The notes under the pieces: generated by a model
The model's input: the letters and a program-made list of their open reading frames with translations, nothing else
Databases searched by the model: none
What the model was told of the DNA's origin: nothing
Assembly (NCBI GenBank): GCA_944392715.1
Contig: CALXXQ010000011.1
Coordinates: forward strand, 1-59,286
Origin: an uncultured Brachyspira sp.
GTDB taxonomy: Bacteria > Spirochaetota > Brachyspiria > Brachyspirales > Brachyspiraceae
DNA length: 59,286 bases
Direction: 5' to 3'
Position numbers and translations under genes: made by a program
Part shown: in pieces, positions 48,090-59,220 of the stretch
Layout: every line of letters begins with the position of its first letter
How positions within the stretch are numbered: position 1 is the stretch's first letter

Positions 48090-50207
48090 TTATTCAGTAG
48101 TTTTTTTCTTTTTACTGTTTGCTGCTGTAGTTTTTTTTGGGGCTGCAGCCTTTTTAACAGTTTTTATATCTTCTTTTATGCTTTCAGCTTTTTTCAAAGG
48201 CTTTATAGGAGTGCTGAATACTTCCTCTTTAACACTTTTTACTTCACCTTCTTGATAAGCACTAGGATCTTCAAGTTCATCAGTACCTCTTTTAGGATCT
48301 TTTCCAGCATAAACTAATTTGTCTTTTACTCTGTCTAATTTTACTTCGCATATTCTTTCAATATCTTCTATATCAAGAGATTCTTTTTCAAATAATTCTC
48401 TTGATAAAGATTCAAATTTATCAGCATTTTCAGCTATCAATTTCTGAGTTCTTTCATAAGCTTTCATTACAAATTTATGAACTTCCTCATCTATTTTCTG
48501 AGCAGTTTCCTCACTATAATCTTTATGTCTTGCAATCTCTTTTCCCAAGAAAATAGGCTGTTCTTTTTGACCAAAAGATATAGGACCAAGCTTACTCATA
48601 CCCCATTCACATACCATTCTTCTAGCAAGTTCAGTAACTCTCTCTATATCATTAGAAGCACCTGTAGTAACAGAATCTTCACCAAATTTAAACTCTTCAG
48701 CAACTCTTCCTCCAAGAAGCAAAGACATCTCATCAATAGCCTTTTTTCTTTGAAGAGTATATCTTCCATCAGAAGGCAAAGTCCAAGTAGCACCTAAGCT
48801 TCTTCCTCTAGGAACTATAGTAACCTTATGTAAAGAATCAGTATTCTGAAGAAGTACAGCCATTAAAGTATGTCCTGCTTCATGATAAGCAGTATTAAGT
48901 TTTTCTTTTTCACTTATTAATATACTTCTTCTTTCAGGCCCCATCATAACTTTATCACGAGCCTCTTCAAAATCAGAAAGTTCTACTCTAGCTTTATCAT
49001 TTCTAGCAGCAATTAAAGCAGCTTCATTAACCATATTAGCAATATCAGCACCAGAGAATCCAGGTGTAGCTCTTGCTAAATGGTATAAATCTATAGAAGG
49101 ATCATGCTGTATTTTAGAAACATGAACTTTAAATATTCCCTCTCTTCCTTTTACATCGGGTAAATCAACAACAACCTGTCTGTCAAATCTTCCAGGACGA
49201 AGCAATGCAGGGTCAAGTACATCAGGTCTGTTAGTAGCAGCAAATATTATAATTCTAGTATCAGTATTAAATCCGTCCATTTCAACAAGCATTTGGTTTA
49301 AAGTTTGCTCTCTTTCATCATGTCCGCCGCCATATCCAGCTCCTCTAGTTCTGCCAACAGCATCAAGCTCATCTATAAATATGATACAAGGAGCAGATCT
49401 TTTTCCTTGCTCAAATAAGTCTCTTACTCTTGAAGCACCAACACCTACAAACATCTCAACAAATTCAGAACCAGACATACTGAAAAAAGGTACATTAGCC
49501 TCTCCTGCAACCGCCTTGGCAAGTAAAGTTTTACCAGTACCAGGAGGGCCTACTAATAATACTCCTTTAGGTATTTTAGCACCTAATTTTGTAAATTTAC
49601 TAGCATCTTTTAAGAATTGTACAACTTCTTGTAATTCCTCTTTAGCCTCTTTACATCCTTCAACATCTTTGAAAGTTACTTTTACATCTTCTTTAGTAAG
49701 TAATCTTGCTCTGCTTTTTCCAAAACTCATAGCCCTATTATTAGAACCCTGAACCTGTCTGAACATAAAGAACCAAAGCAAAAATCCTATCAGTAATATA
49801 GGAAGTAAATTTACTAATATTAAACTTAAATAACTAGGCTTTTCAGCTTCACCTCTTACCTTTACATTATTATCTATAAGCAAATTAACAAATCCGCTTG
49901 CAGTAAATGGTATAAATGAGTAGAAGTTTATTTCTGTAATTTTACCATTAACTGTCTCTATAGCCTTTCCATTTCTTATATTTTGATCTACTATAGTAAC
50001 TTCTTTGACAACACCTTCTTTAACTTTTTGAACTACAGTAGAATAATCCCATTCCTGAGCTTTTACTTGCGGAGTCTTCTGAAAGTACATTATAGCCATT
50101 ACTACTACCATTGTAAGAAGTAATATAATTATAATTTGATTTCCGCCGCCCCCAGCAGACTGAGGCATATTTTGCCTTCTATTATTCTTATTTTTTTTAC
50201 TATTCAT
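48090..50207 (-). CDS. ftsH: ATP-dependent zinc metalloprotease FtsH
   Basis: Two TMs, [27 protein letters not shown]. Confidence 0.97.
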   Translation of the reverse strand: MNSKKNKNNRRQNMPQSAGGGGNQIIIILLLTMVVVMAIMYFQKTPQVKAQEWDYSTVVQKVKEGVVKEVTIVDQNIRNGKAIETVNGKITEINFYSFIPFTASGFVNLLIDNNVKVRGEAEKPSYLSLILVNLLPILLIGFLLWFFMFRQVQGSNNRAMSFGKSRARLLTKEDVKVTFKDVEGCKEAKEELQEVVQFLKDASKFTKLGAKIPKGVLLVGPPGTGKTLLAKAVAGEANVPFFSMSGSEFVEMFVGVGASRVRDLFEQGKRSAPCIIFIDELDAVGRTRGAGYGGGHDEREQTLNQMLVEMDGFNTDTRIIIFAATNRPDVLDPALLRPGRFDRQVVVDLPDVKGREGIFKVHVSKIQHDPSIDLYHLARATPGFSGADIANMVNEAALIAARNDKARVELSDFEEARDKVMMGPERRSILISEKEKLNTAYHEAGHTLMAVLLQNTDSLHKVTIVPRGRSLGATWTLPSDGRYTLQRKKAIDEMSLLLGGRVAEEFKFGEDSVTTGASNDIERVTELARRMVCEWGMSKLGPISFGQKEQPIFLGKEIARHKDYSEETAQKIDEEVHKFVMKAYERTQKLIAENADKFESLSRELFEKESLDIEDIERICEVKLDRVKDKLVYAGKDPKRGTDELEDPSAYQEGEVKSVKEEVFSTPIKPLKKAESIKEDIKTVKKAAAPKKTTAANSKKKKTTE

Positions 50208-50287
50208 GTATTCTCCAAATTATTTTTAACTTTATATATATATAAATAAAATAAATATTAATAAATTATCAAATATCTCCAAATTAA

Positions 50288-50974
50288 TTATTGTTTAGGT
50301 ATATCTAAAATAGTACCATAACTATTAAAGCAATGAGATGCTAAGGAATTAATTCCTCCACCTCTCTTAAGGCGGCTATTTATTATTTTACCGTCTTTTT
50401 TATCTAAATCAGGATATTTCAAATTCATATATCCTACAACAAGTCCTCTGCTTGTAGAAGCATGAATATATGTTATAGTCTCATCTTCCTCATCAACATC
50501 TATAACTATTCCAGCATGTGTGAGCTTTTTATCATTAGATGTAGTTTTGTCAAACATTATTATATCACCAATATTTGGAAGAACATCTCTATATATTTTA
50601 TTATACTTTGATAAAGTAGCATATATAGTTTTAACGCCTCCTGTATCTAAAATAGCCTGCTTTTCAAACACAGCTATATTAGAAGTCCAATAAACAGCAG
50701 CAACATATCCTGAACAATCAAAATTAAAAGTTTTCTTTTCTTTTGAAATAGGATGTGTTAATAAAGCTTTTTCATTATATTTATAATGCTTATCCAAATA
50801 AAAGTTAGCCCATTTATTTATATCTTTTCTAACTTGTTCCTTTTGTCTGTCATTTATTTCTACTCCGCTTTCTTCTAATTGTTTTTGATATTCTTTATCA
50901 TATCCATAAGTTTGTGAAAATGATATTGAAGATAATAGCATTGTAGATAATAACAATATAATATAAAAACGCAT
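50288..50974 (-). CDS. Secreted NlpC/P60 family hydrolase
   Basis: Signal peptide; FDCSGYV, THAGI, IHAS. Confidence 0.85.
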   Translation of the reverse strand: MRFYIILLLSTMLLSSISFSQTYGYDKEYQKQLEESGVEINDRQKEQVRKDINKWANFYLDKHYKYNEKALLTHPISKEKKTFNFDCSGYVAAVYWTSNIAVFEKQAILDTGGVKTIYATLSKYNKIYRDVLPNIGDIIMFDKTTSNDKKLTHAGIVIDVDEEDETITYIHASTSRGLVVGYMNLKYPDLDKKDGKIINSRLKRGGGINSLASHCFNSYGTILDIPKQ

Positions 50975-51055
50975 AATACACTCTTATATATAGAAAATTA
51001 TTTTATAAAATATTAGCAAAAAGTCAAGGCAATTTACAATATTCTTACTTTTTTA

Positions 51056-51652
51056 TCAATTAGGTTTTTCAAAAATAGTACCATAACTATTAAAGCAATG
51101 AGAGGCAAGCGAATATGGAGCTTCTCCTCTTCTTAAATAACTATTTATTGGCTTACCATCTTTTCTAGCCAAATCAGGATATTTTAAATTCATATATCCT
51201 AAAATTGGGCCCTTGCTTGTAGATGAATGTATATAAGTGATAGTACCATCTTCATCTATATTTATAATTATGCCTGAATGTGTAAGCTTTTTATTTGGAG
51301 ATGTAGTACCATCAAAAAATATTATATCTCCTATATTTGGAGATGTATTTTTATATATTTTATTTTCTTTTGATAAAATAAAATGTATATTTTCAGTTGA
51401 TCCTTGAAGTGTAATAGAGGGCTTTTCAACAGCAGTCCAATAAACAGCATTTACAAAACCTGAACAATCAAAATTTACTTTCTTTTTTTCTTTTGAAAAA
51501 GGGTTTGTTATTGTATCACTTTGATTATATTTATATTTTTTACCCATATAAAAATTAGCCCATTTTACTATTTCAAGTCTAGTATTTTCCTGACTAAATG
51601 CCTGAATTGTAAATAATAAAATTATAGATAAAATACAAGCATTAAAACGCAT
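51056..51652 (-). CDS. Secreted NlpC/P60 family hydrolase (paralog)
   Basis: Signal peptide; FDCSGFV, THSGI, IHSS. Confidence 0.85.
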   Translation of the reverse strand: MRFNACILSIILLFTIQAFSQENTRLEIVKWANFYMGKKYKYNQSDTITNPFSKEKKKVNFDCSGFVNAVYWTAVEKPSITLQGSTENIHFILSKENKIYKNTSPNIGDIIFFDGTTSPNKKLTHSGIIINIDEDGTITYIHSSTSKGPILGYMNLKYPDLARKDGKPINSYLRRGEAPYSLASHCFNSYGTIFEKPN

Positions 51653-51734
51653 ATTTTCTCCTAAAATAATAAATAAAATTAATTGATAATATTTTCTAGT
51701 TATTATAAATCGGATTTTTAACTATAAATAATAG

Positions 51735-52313
51735 TTACATATTATTATAATATAAATCTTTGATATTAAATTCCCAAGATTTTAACCATTTTATTCTATA
51801 TTGTATAGGTGTTATTATATTAAAAAATACAGATAAATATGGATATGCATTTTGAAATTGTATAGATAATCTTGTTTTAAATAAAAATCTACTATTTTCA
51901 TTTAATTTATTTATATTAATAACTTCTATTCTATTTATTTGTGATATATTTTTTACAAGCATTTGAAGATCAGTATTTCTAGTTTCTCTCATAGTTTCAG
52001 AATTAAGTACAACATATTCTTTGGTAAAAAAGTCATAATATAATTTTCTGTATATATATATTTCGCGTACATTTTCATCTAAAAGTAAATTCTTTTTTAT
52101 TAAATCTACTCTAAAGTTAATAAATACTATGATTCCATTATCTATATATTTTTTTATATTTTGATAAATGCTATCGCCATAATAAGTTTTTACATCAGCA
52201 TATAATATATTATTATATATATAGCTTCTTGATAAATTAAGTCTAAGCTCATAAGAATATAATGATGCCGAAATAGATGATATCAATATTAATATTATAT
52301 ACAAACGTTTCAT
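51735..52313 (-). CDS. DUF4390-like secreted protein
   Basis: Signal peptide; IDNGI, RKLYYDFFTKEY pattern. Confidence 0.55.
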   Translation of the reverse strand: MKRLYIILILISSISASLYSYELRLNLSRSYIYNNILYADVKTYYGDSIYQNIKKYIDNGIIVFINFRVDLIKKNLLLDENVREIYIYRKLYYDFFTKEYVVLNSETMRETRNTDLQMLVKNISQINRIEVININKLNENSRFLFKTRLSIQFQNAYPYLSVFFNIITPIQYRIKWLKSWEFNIKDLYYNNM

Positions 52314-52392
52314 AATTTTTTAGTATATATTGAAGAATATATAAGTCAATAATTATAATAATTTTTAGATATTATAATTTTCAATATAATAA

Positions 52393-53406
52393 TTAGAAAA
52401 ATAAACTAGCTTCAAGTCCTATTCTGCTTTCCATTTTTCTGTATGCATATAATTGCTTTGAACGTAAATATTCATATTTTACACCTATTATAAATCTGTA
52501 TATTTCAAAACCTATTCCAACAGATACAGAAGGAGACCATTCATTTTTGCTATTTAATGCAGGATATCCGTCTCCTTTTTTATCTCTGATTATTGTGTTT
52601 ATCTCATCAAGAAAAGCACCAGCATAAACACCTGTTACTAAACTGATTTCTCCCCATATAGGAAATCTAAAATCAATTCCAGTATAAATATTAAATAAAT
52701 TAACTATATTTGATTTTTTAAATCCTGTTATAGCAAAAGAAGTTCCTCCATAAAATGAGAACCATCCCCATCTATATGCAGCTGATAAATGCATTTGTTC
52801 AAAACCTACATCTCTAAACTCTTCTTTATTTTTATCGTATAAAGTTTCATCTCCAAGTATATCGCCTCCAATATGAGAACATATATGTCTTAAAGGTGCA
52901 AATCTAATTTTTAATTTATTATTAAATATATATTCAAAATATGCCTCTACTTGCATATATGTACCAAATAAAAATGTTGTGCCGTATAGCTGATCTTTAC
53001 CAGCTTTATAGCTTCCTAAAAATAATTTTAATGAATATCCTACTCCTACTTTAAATCTATGCTTATCTCCATTTATATTAAATGCAATAGGAGCTAAATC
53101 TATTGCAAGCTTAGGACTAAAATATAAAATAATATTTGCTAAATCAAAATTTTTATTAGGATATAGAGTTTCTGCATTTAAAATATCTCCAAACCAAAAA
53201 CTGCTATTATAACTATCAGGATCAAGCCAAGATGAAAAATATTTATCTGTTTCATATATTCTTAGAGGATTATATCTCCATTGCATACTTATTTTCTGAT
53301 TATAATTAGTCATTTTATTTTCTAATGTATTGTTTTCAGTATTTTGGGAATATAATGCTGTGCAAAATAATATTATAAAAATTATATTATATAGTGTTTT
53401 TTTCAT
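52393..53406 (-). CDS. Putative outer-membrane beta-barrel protein (DUF1207-like)
   Basis: Signal peptide; RHICSHIGGD resembles HxSSHLGD; amphipathic strands; terminal Phe. Confidence 0.5.
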   Translation of the reverse strand: MKKTLYNIIFIILFCTALYSQNTENNTLENKMTNYNQKISMQWRYNPLRIYETDKYFSSWLDPDSYNSSFWFGDILNAETLYPNKNFDLANIILYFSPKLAIDLAPIAFNINGDKHRFKVGVGYSLKLFLGSYKAGKDQLYGTTFLFGTYMQVEAYFEYIFNNKLKIRFAPLRHICSHIGGDILGDETLYDKNKEEFRDVGFEQMHLSAAYRWGWFSFYGGTSFAITGFKKSNIVNLFNIYTGIDFRFPIWGEISLVTGVYAGAFLDEINTIIRDKKGDGYPALNSKNEWSPSVSVGIGFEIYRFIIGVKYEYLRSKQLYAYRKMESRIGLEASLFF

Positions 53407-53497
53407 ATATGTTTTTCATTTATAGTCTATTTATGTACTAATTATATATGAAAATATTGTATTATTCAATAATTTATCATAAAAAATAAAAATAATA

Positions 53498-54046
53498 TTA
53501 TCTTTTTGAAAGAAGTTCTATATATGGCTTAGTTTCTATTGAATTTTCATCTATTCCTATTTCTTTTAATATTGATTTTAATTCAGATACTTGATTTTCT
53601 AGACTTTTATCAGAGTTTAAAAACTCTATTTCTATAAAGTCGCCTAAATTTTTTATTCTAGAAATTTCTACTAAAGCATTTTTATATATAAAAGCATATC
53701 CTTTTTTTCCTTTTCTTACATATTCTACATATTTCTGAAGTTTGTATAAAAAGTTTATTATAAATCTAGCCTTTTTTTTGCTTACTTTAATTTCTCTCTC
53801 TTCATTAACTTCTACTCCGTCAATTAAAGTTCTATCCTTAGAACAGAAAGTATATCCTCCATGTTCTACTCTTAATCTTATGCAATTACTTGTTTTTATA
53901 TTTCCTTTTTTTATGCTTTCTTCTCTAGCATAATAAATGTCTTTTTTGAAATATTTTTTTTTGAATTTAGCATTGTTTTTTAAGAAATTTAATACAGATT
54001 CAAAATCTTTAATATATGCTTTTATTTCAATTTCAGAGTTTGTCAT
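53498..54046 (-). CDS. CYTH domain protein (class IV adenylate cyclase-like)
   Basis: EIEIK (ExExK), DIYY, IRLR, LGDFIEIE, PYIEL. Confidence 0.85.
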   Translation of the reverse strand: MTNSEIEIKAYIKDFESVLNFLKNNAKFKKKYFKKDIYYAREESIKKGNIKTSNCIRLRVEHGGYTFCSKDRTLIDGVEVNEEREIKVSKKKARFIINFLYKLQKYVEYVRKGKKGYAFIYKNALVEISRIKNLGDFIEIEFLNSDKSLENQVSELKSILKEIGIDENSIETKPYIELLSKR

Positions 54047-54048
54047 GT

Positions 54049-54588
54049 TTATTCCACGTATTCTTTAGTGCTGTCATCTACATGTATTTTCTGTTTATCA
54101 TAAATTAAAGGTGCTACTTTTTCAAATACAATAAATAAAGGAGATGATAATATTACAGTTAAAGGAAGCCCTACCAATAATTCTGATCTTATTAATACTG
54201 CAACATTTGAAAGATCTGAATATATAGATGTTACTAAGAATAACGCTATAATTTTTATCAAATATCCTACTAAAGTTACGAATATTCCTGCAGCAATTTG
54301 CTTTATAAATATTCTTGTATTGAAAAAACCTACAAAGAAACCAATATTAAGGAATATTATTGCATAAGAACCAAATGTACCGCTTGAAACTATGTCTTGT
54401 AATAATCCTATAATAAATCCGTATATTATTCCGTCAAAAGACCCGTATCTGAATGCTATAAAAGTTAAAAATATTAATAATAAATCTGGTTTAGCACCTA
54501 GCGCCACTCTTATCAAATCATAAGCAGGAGATGATTGTATTAGAAGTAAAACTAGAGTTGTGATGATAACAGTTATTATTCTTTTCAT
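54049..54588 (-). CDS. mreD: Rod shape-determining protein MreD
   Basis: KPDLLL, GFIIGLLQD; follows mreC. Confidence 0.9.
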   Translation of the reverse strand: MKRIITVIITTLVLLLIQSSPAYDLIRVALGAKPDLLLIFLTFIAFRYGSFDGIIYGFIIGLLQDIVSSGTFGSYAIIFLNIGFFVGFFNTRIFIKQIAAGIFVTLVGYLIKIIALFLVTSIYSDLSNVAVLIRSELLVGLPLTVILSSPLFIVFEKVAPLIYDKQKIHVDDSTKEYVE

Positions 54589-55475
54589 TTTGCAGCATCT
54601 CCATTTTCTCCTGCATCTTCTTCATTTGCAAGCATTATAATTTCCTGATCAGGTATTTTCTTAATGACATAAACATTTTCTAAAGTAGAGAAATTAACAG
54701 CAGGCTCAACATATAAATCATGGAAAAGTCCGTAATTTTTCTTTTCAACTTTGAATATTGTTCCAACTAATATTCCTTTAGGAAATACTCCTCCCATACC
54801 GCTTGTAACAACTCTTTCCCCTTCTTCAACATCCATTTGCAAATCTATATATTGTAAATGCGTCTGAGTAGATTTAGGGCTTTGTCCCACCATTATACCT
54901 GTAGTTCTTGAGCTTTCAAGCATTACAGATATTTGAGATCTCTGATCAACTAAAGATAATATTCTACTATTATATCTTCTTACCTCAACAACTTTTCCCA
55001 CTAAACCTTTATATCCATTTTGATATGATATAACAGGCATTCCAACTACTATTCCGTTTGCACTTCCTTTATTAATAACTATTGTAGTATAAAAGTTCTG
55101 AGGATCTTTTGATACTATTTCAGCATATTCTAATGGGTATTCATCTGTAGGAGCTTCATTTAATAATGCTCTAAGTCTTTCATTTTCACTGCTCAATTGT
55201 TCATATTCTAATGCAGCACCGCTTAATTCTGCTATTCTGTCTCTAAGTATTTGAACTTGACTTTGAAGAGTAAATATATCTGTTATGCTTGTATAAAGAT
55301 ATACAAATGCTCTTGATACACTTTTGGTGGCACTTTGAATAGGGTATACACCCAAGGCATAAATAGATTGCAAATTAAAAACAAAATTGCTTCTATTTAA
55401 TACCATGAATATTCCTGCTACTAGATTGAGCAATATATAAAGAGTAAGTAATTTATGTTTTATAAAAATTTTCAC
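54585..55475 (-). CDS. mreC: Rod shape-determining protein MreC
   Basis: ENERLRALL, INKGS, GLVGKV, VTSGMGGVFPKG. Confidence 0.94.
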   Translation of the reverse strand: MKIFIKHKLLTLYILLNLVAGIFMVLNRSNFVFNLQSIYALGVYPIQSATKSVSRAFVYLYTSITDIFTLQSQVQILRDRIAELSGAALEYEQLSSENERLRALLNEAPTDEYPLEYAEIVSKDPQNFYTTIVINKGSANGIVVGMPVISYQNGYKGLVGKVVEVRRYNSRILSLVDQRSQISVMLESSRTTGIMVGQSPKSTQTHLQYIDLQMDVEEGERVVTSGMGGVFPKGILVGTIFKVEKKNYGLFHDLYVEPAVNFSTLENVYVIKKIPDQEIIMLANEEDAGENGDAAK

Positions 55476-55521
55476 GTTATGAGTATCGGATATATTAATA
55501 AAATTTTAATAATTTTTCCGA

Positions 55522-56547
55522 TTATGAATATCTTCTATAATTCTTTAAATTTTTAGTTTCCTCTATAAACTTTCCGCATCCTATAGCAACACAAGTAAGA
55601 GGGCTTTCAGCAAGAATTACAGGTACTCCTGTTTCCATAGAAATCAAATCAGTAAAACCAGGAAGTAAAGAAGTTCCTCCGCTCATAACTATTCCTCTCT
55701 CTACAATGTCTGCAGAGATTTCTGGAGGTGTCTGATTAAGTACAGATTTAACAGCCTCTAATATTTCTATTAATATATCAGCTATAGCATCTTTAATTTC
55801 AGCACTATTTATTGTAAGAGTTTTAGGAAGTCCTGATACAGAATCTCTTCCTCTAATATCCATAGTTTTTGATATATCACCTTTATAAGCATGACCTATA
55901 TTTATTTTTATCTCTTCAGCAGTTTTTTCACCTATATAAAGGTTATGAGTTCTTTGCATATATTTAATAATAGCATCATCAAGTTCATCACCGCCTACAC
56001 GTATAGAAGCACTTCTAACCATACTTCCAAGTGAAAGAACAGCAACCTCAGTAGTACCTCCGCCTATTTCTATAATCATATTACCATGAGGTTCATTTAT
56101 AGGCATATCTGCCCCTATTGCAGCAGCTCTTGCCTGTTCTATTAAAAATATAGTTCTAGCTCCAGCCTGTTCGCAGCTTTCCCTTACAGCTCTTCTCTCT
56201 ACTTCTGTAATTCCTGTAGGTATACCTATAGCTATTCTAGGCTTAACCAAAGTTCTTTTATTATGAACTTTATTTATGAAATATCTTATCATTTTTTTTT
56301 TAGTTTCAAAATCTGCACTAACACCGTCTCTCATAGGTCTTATAGCAGCTATTGAATTAGGAACTTTACCTAACATCTGTTTAGCCTCATTTCCAACAGC
56401 TATTACATTTCCTGTACTTTTTTCTATAGCTACTACTGATGGTTCAGCTAAAACGATTCCTTCTCCTTTTACATATACTAAAGTGTTAGCAGTACCTAAA
56501 TCTATTCCCATATCACTTGAGAACATATTATATAACCAGTTAAACAT
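55522..56547 (-). CDS. mreB: Actin-like protein MreB
   Basis: [36 protein letters not shown]. Confidence 0.96.
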   Translation of the reverse strand: MFNWLYNMFSSDMGIDLGTANTLVYVKGEGIVLAEPSVVAIEKSTGNVIAVGNEAKQMLGKVPNSIAAIRPMRDGVSADFETKKKMIRYFINKVHNKRTLVKPRIAIGIPTGITEVERRAVRESCEQAGARTIFLIEQARAAAIGADMPINEPHGNMIIEIGGGTTEVAVLSLGSMVRSASIRVGGDELDDAIIKYMQRTHNLYIGEKTAEEIKINIGHAYKGDISKTMDIRGRDSVSGLPKTLTINSAEIKDAIADILIEILEAVKSVLNQTPPEISADIVERGIVMSGGTSLLPGFTDLISMETGVPVILAESPLTCVAIGCGKFIEETKNLKNYRRYS

Positions 56548-56552
56548 TTTTA

Positions 56553-57494
56553 TTACAATCTCCTTAAAGTATCCCTAGCGGGCTTATACGAATTATCTAT
56601 TTTTATAGCTTCTCTAAACATTTTTATAGCTTCATTTCTTCTTTTAGTTTCCAAAAATAATGTTCCTATACTATAATATAAATCAGGATTTTTGTCATCT
56701 ATCTCTAATGCCTTTTTATAAAAAAATTCACTTTCTTTGTATAGTCCTTGCCTATAGTATAAACTGCCTAATTTAGAATAGCTTTTAGATTCAAGCATAG
56801 TATTATTGTTGAATTTTCCGTCCATAGAAGATAATATTTGTATAGCCTTTGTATAATCCTTATCTCCTTCATATGCATTGGCAAGTTCATAATATAATTC
56901 CATATTAATAAATTGTTCGCTGCTTTCTTTTAATTCTCTATCAATGGCATTTTCTAAATATTTTATAGCGTCTTTATATAATCCTATATCATAACATATT
57001 TTAGATAACTCTATAGTAGTGGAAACTCTATTATCTCCATTATATATGGCATTTATATATGAATTGTATGAATCAGTATAGTATGATTTTCCTAATCTCT
57101 GATAGCTGTATGCTAATCTCTGGTATATAATATCTTTATTTTTTATGAATTTGGATGTTAATAATAATTGTTTTGCATATCTTATTATGCTTTCGCTTGC
57201 ATTTATTATGACTTCTTTTTTATCAGATCTTATAAGAATATCATAATATAAATCTACTCCTGTTCTTAATATATTTTTGTTTAATGGTCTTTTAGCATAA
57301 ATATCATTAAATAAAAATGAAGCATTATCATAATCTTCTATAGCTATATAATCATATATTGATTTTAATCTTTTTTTTTCTATATAATTCGAAGTAAATA
57401 AATATATAAATGTGATTACAGCAATAGAAACAATCAAGGTAATTGCTATGATATGTATACTAATTTTCTTTTCTACATTGTATAAATAAGGCAT
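56553..57494 (-). CDS. Membrane-anchored TPR protein
   Basis: N-terminal TM; several TPR repeats such as [28 protein letters not shown]. Confidence 0.8.
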   Translation of the reverse strand: MPYLYNVEKKISIHIIAITLIVSIAVITFIYLFTSNYIEKKRLKSIYDYIAIEDYDNASFLFNDIYAKRPLNKNILRTGVDLYYDILIRSDKKEVIINASESIIRYAKQLLLTSKFIKNKDIIYQRLAYSYQRLGKSYYTDSYNSYINAIYNGDNRVSTTIELSKICYDIGLYKDAIKYLENAIDRELKESSEQFINMELYYELANAYEGDKDYTKAIQILSSMDGKFNNNTMLESKSYSKLGSLYYRQGLYKESEFFYKKALEIDDKNPDLYYSIGTLFLETKRRNEAIKMFREAIKIDNSYKPARDTLRRL

Positions 57495-57512
57495 TATTCT
57501 TTGTATAATCCA

Positions 57513-57926
57513 TTAATTATTATTTTGATATATATTGTTATTATTATATAACTCCAAGATAGTTTCTTTAGGATTAGTAAGAGGATCTGGCGCTACTATA
57601 CATAATCCTTCAAGTATAACACCATTTTGTATAATAAGTTCAGGTGTTCTTATTTCACCAAGTACTCTGCTAGTAGGCATAAGCATAACTCTGTTTTTTG
57701 CTTCAATATTTCCAATAATTATTCCTTCTATAACTGCTGATATGGTTTTTATATTTGATTTTACTTTTCCAGTAGGGCCTACAAAAACATTATCTACTTC
57801 TAATTTATCTCCCTCATAGCATCCATCTATTCTCAAAGTTCCGTTTAATGTAAACTCGCCTTTAAAATATGAACCTTCTCCTATAATAGAGTTAGATTCT
57901 GCATTATCATTTCTTTTTGAAAACAT
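57513..57926 (-). CDS. Bactofilin (polymer-forming cytoskeletal protein)
   Basis: SIIGEGSYFKGE, LRIDG, IEGIIIGNI, LIIQNGVILEG. Confidence 0.92.
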   Translation of the reverse strand: MFSKRNDNAESNSIIGEGSYFKGEFTLNGTLRIDGCYEGDKLEVDNVFVGPTGKVKSNIKTISAVIEGIIIGNIEAKNRVMLMPTSRVLGEIRTPELIIQNGVILEGLCIVAPDPLTNPKETILELYNNNNIYQNNN

Positions 57927-57937
57927 CAATAAAACTC

Positions 57938-58753
57938 CTAATTTTTAGTATATACTATTGAATTGTCTATATTATTGAATTTGAATTTTGTATCAAGCCC
58001 AAATAAAGATTCGCTATGCCCAATAAATAGAAATCCATGTTCATTTAATATATCATAAAATCTGTTGACAGTGAGCTTAACTGATTCATTATCAAAGTAT
58101 ATAAGAACATTCCTACAAAAAATAACATCCATATTGGTGTGACTTCCTCTATGTCTTAGATTATGGTAGTCAAATGTTATTAATTTTTTAATATCATTTT
58201 TTATAGAATACTCTCCAGAAGATAATTTATCAAAATACTTATTTAAATATTCTTTTGGTACACTTTCTACTTTATGAGATTCATATCTGCCTTCTTTAGC
58301 TGCTACTAAAGAGTTAAGAGATAAGTCGCTTGCAAATATTTTGATATCTTCTTCTCTAATACCAGGAGTTTCTAAACAAGTTATAGCTATAGAATAAGGT
58401 TCTTCTCCTGTAGAGCAGCCGGCACTCCAAATTCTTATTTGCTCACCTTTTTTTTTATATTTCATTACTTGAGGCAGAACATAATTTTTTAGTAATTCAA
58501 AATTCGGCCTGTTTCTAAAAAATTTTGTGAGGTTTGTAGTAATGTTATCTAAAAATTTTTTTAATTCTTCTCTGTCAGAAGATACAAGTTTATAATAATC
58601 TTCTACTTTCAAAAGATTTTTTTCTTTCATAGAAGAAGCTATTCTTGATTCTAAAATAATTTTATTGATAACATTAAAACATATACCACTTTCTTTATAT
58701 ACAAAATCCCTAAACAGATCAAATTGTTTTTCAGTTAATTTTAGCTCATTCAA
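57938..58753 (-). CDS. cheR: Chemotaxis methyltransferase CheR
   Basis: TTNLTKFFR, IWSAGCSTGEEPYS, IFCRNVLIYF, GHSES. Confidence 0.94.
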   Translation of the reverse strand: MNELKLTEKQFDLFRDFVYKESGICFNVINKIILESRIASSMKEKNLLKVEDYYKLVSSDREELKKFLDNITTNLTKFFRNRPNFELLKNYVLPQVMKYKKKGEQIRIWSAGCSTGEEPYSIAITCLETPGIREEDIKIFASDLSLNSLVAAKEGRYESHKVESVPKEYLNKYFDKLSSGEYSIKNDIKKLITFDYHNLRHRGSHTNMDVIFCRNVLIYFDNESVKLTVNRFYDILNEHGFLFIGHSESLFGLDTKFKFNNIDNSIVYTKN

Positions 58754-58797
58754 AATAAATTATTCCAGACAAATAAAAATATAACAATAAATGATTG

Positions 58798-59214
58798 TTA
58801 TTTTTTTGTAAGAACCATTTTTATACGCTCAAGAACTTTTTTTCTGTCAAGAGGTTTAGTAATATAGTTTTTAGCACCAGCTAATAATGCTTTTTTTACC
58901 ATATCTTCTTTACCTAATGCACTAACCATAACAACTTTAGCGTTTTTATCATATTCTATAATTTTAGTCAATGCTGTAATACCATCCATTTTAGGCATTG
59001 TAATATCCATAGTTACTAAGTCTGGCTTGTATTCTTTATACATAAGTACGCCTTCCTCACCATTTTCTGCTGTACCAACTACATTATATTGTTCTGATAC
59101 AAAAATTTGCTGCAACTGTTTTACAACAAATGCAGAATCATCTACGATTAGAACTTTGAATGGTTTTCCAAATTCATTTATACCATCAGCTTCTTTTGTA
59201 TTAATGTCAGACAT
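58798..59214 (-). CDS. cheY: Chemotaxis response regulator CheY
   Basis: Stand-alone receiver: VDD, MDITMP, VSA, TKP. Confidence 0.88.
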   Translation of the reverse strand: MSDINTKEADGINEFGKPFKVLIVDDSAFVVKQLQQIFVSEQYNVVGTAENGEEGVLMYKEYKPDLVTMDITMPKMDGITALTKIIEYDKNAKVVMVSALGKEDMVKKALLAGAKNYITKPLDRKKVLERIKMVLTKK

Positions 59215-59220
59215 ATTTAT

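Noticed and set aside
48054-49752. Plus-strand ORFs inside ftsH
   Set aside because: Antisense shadows of a conserved gene.
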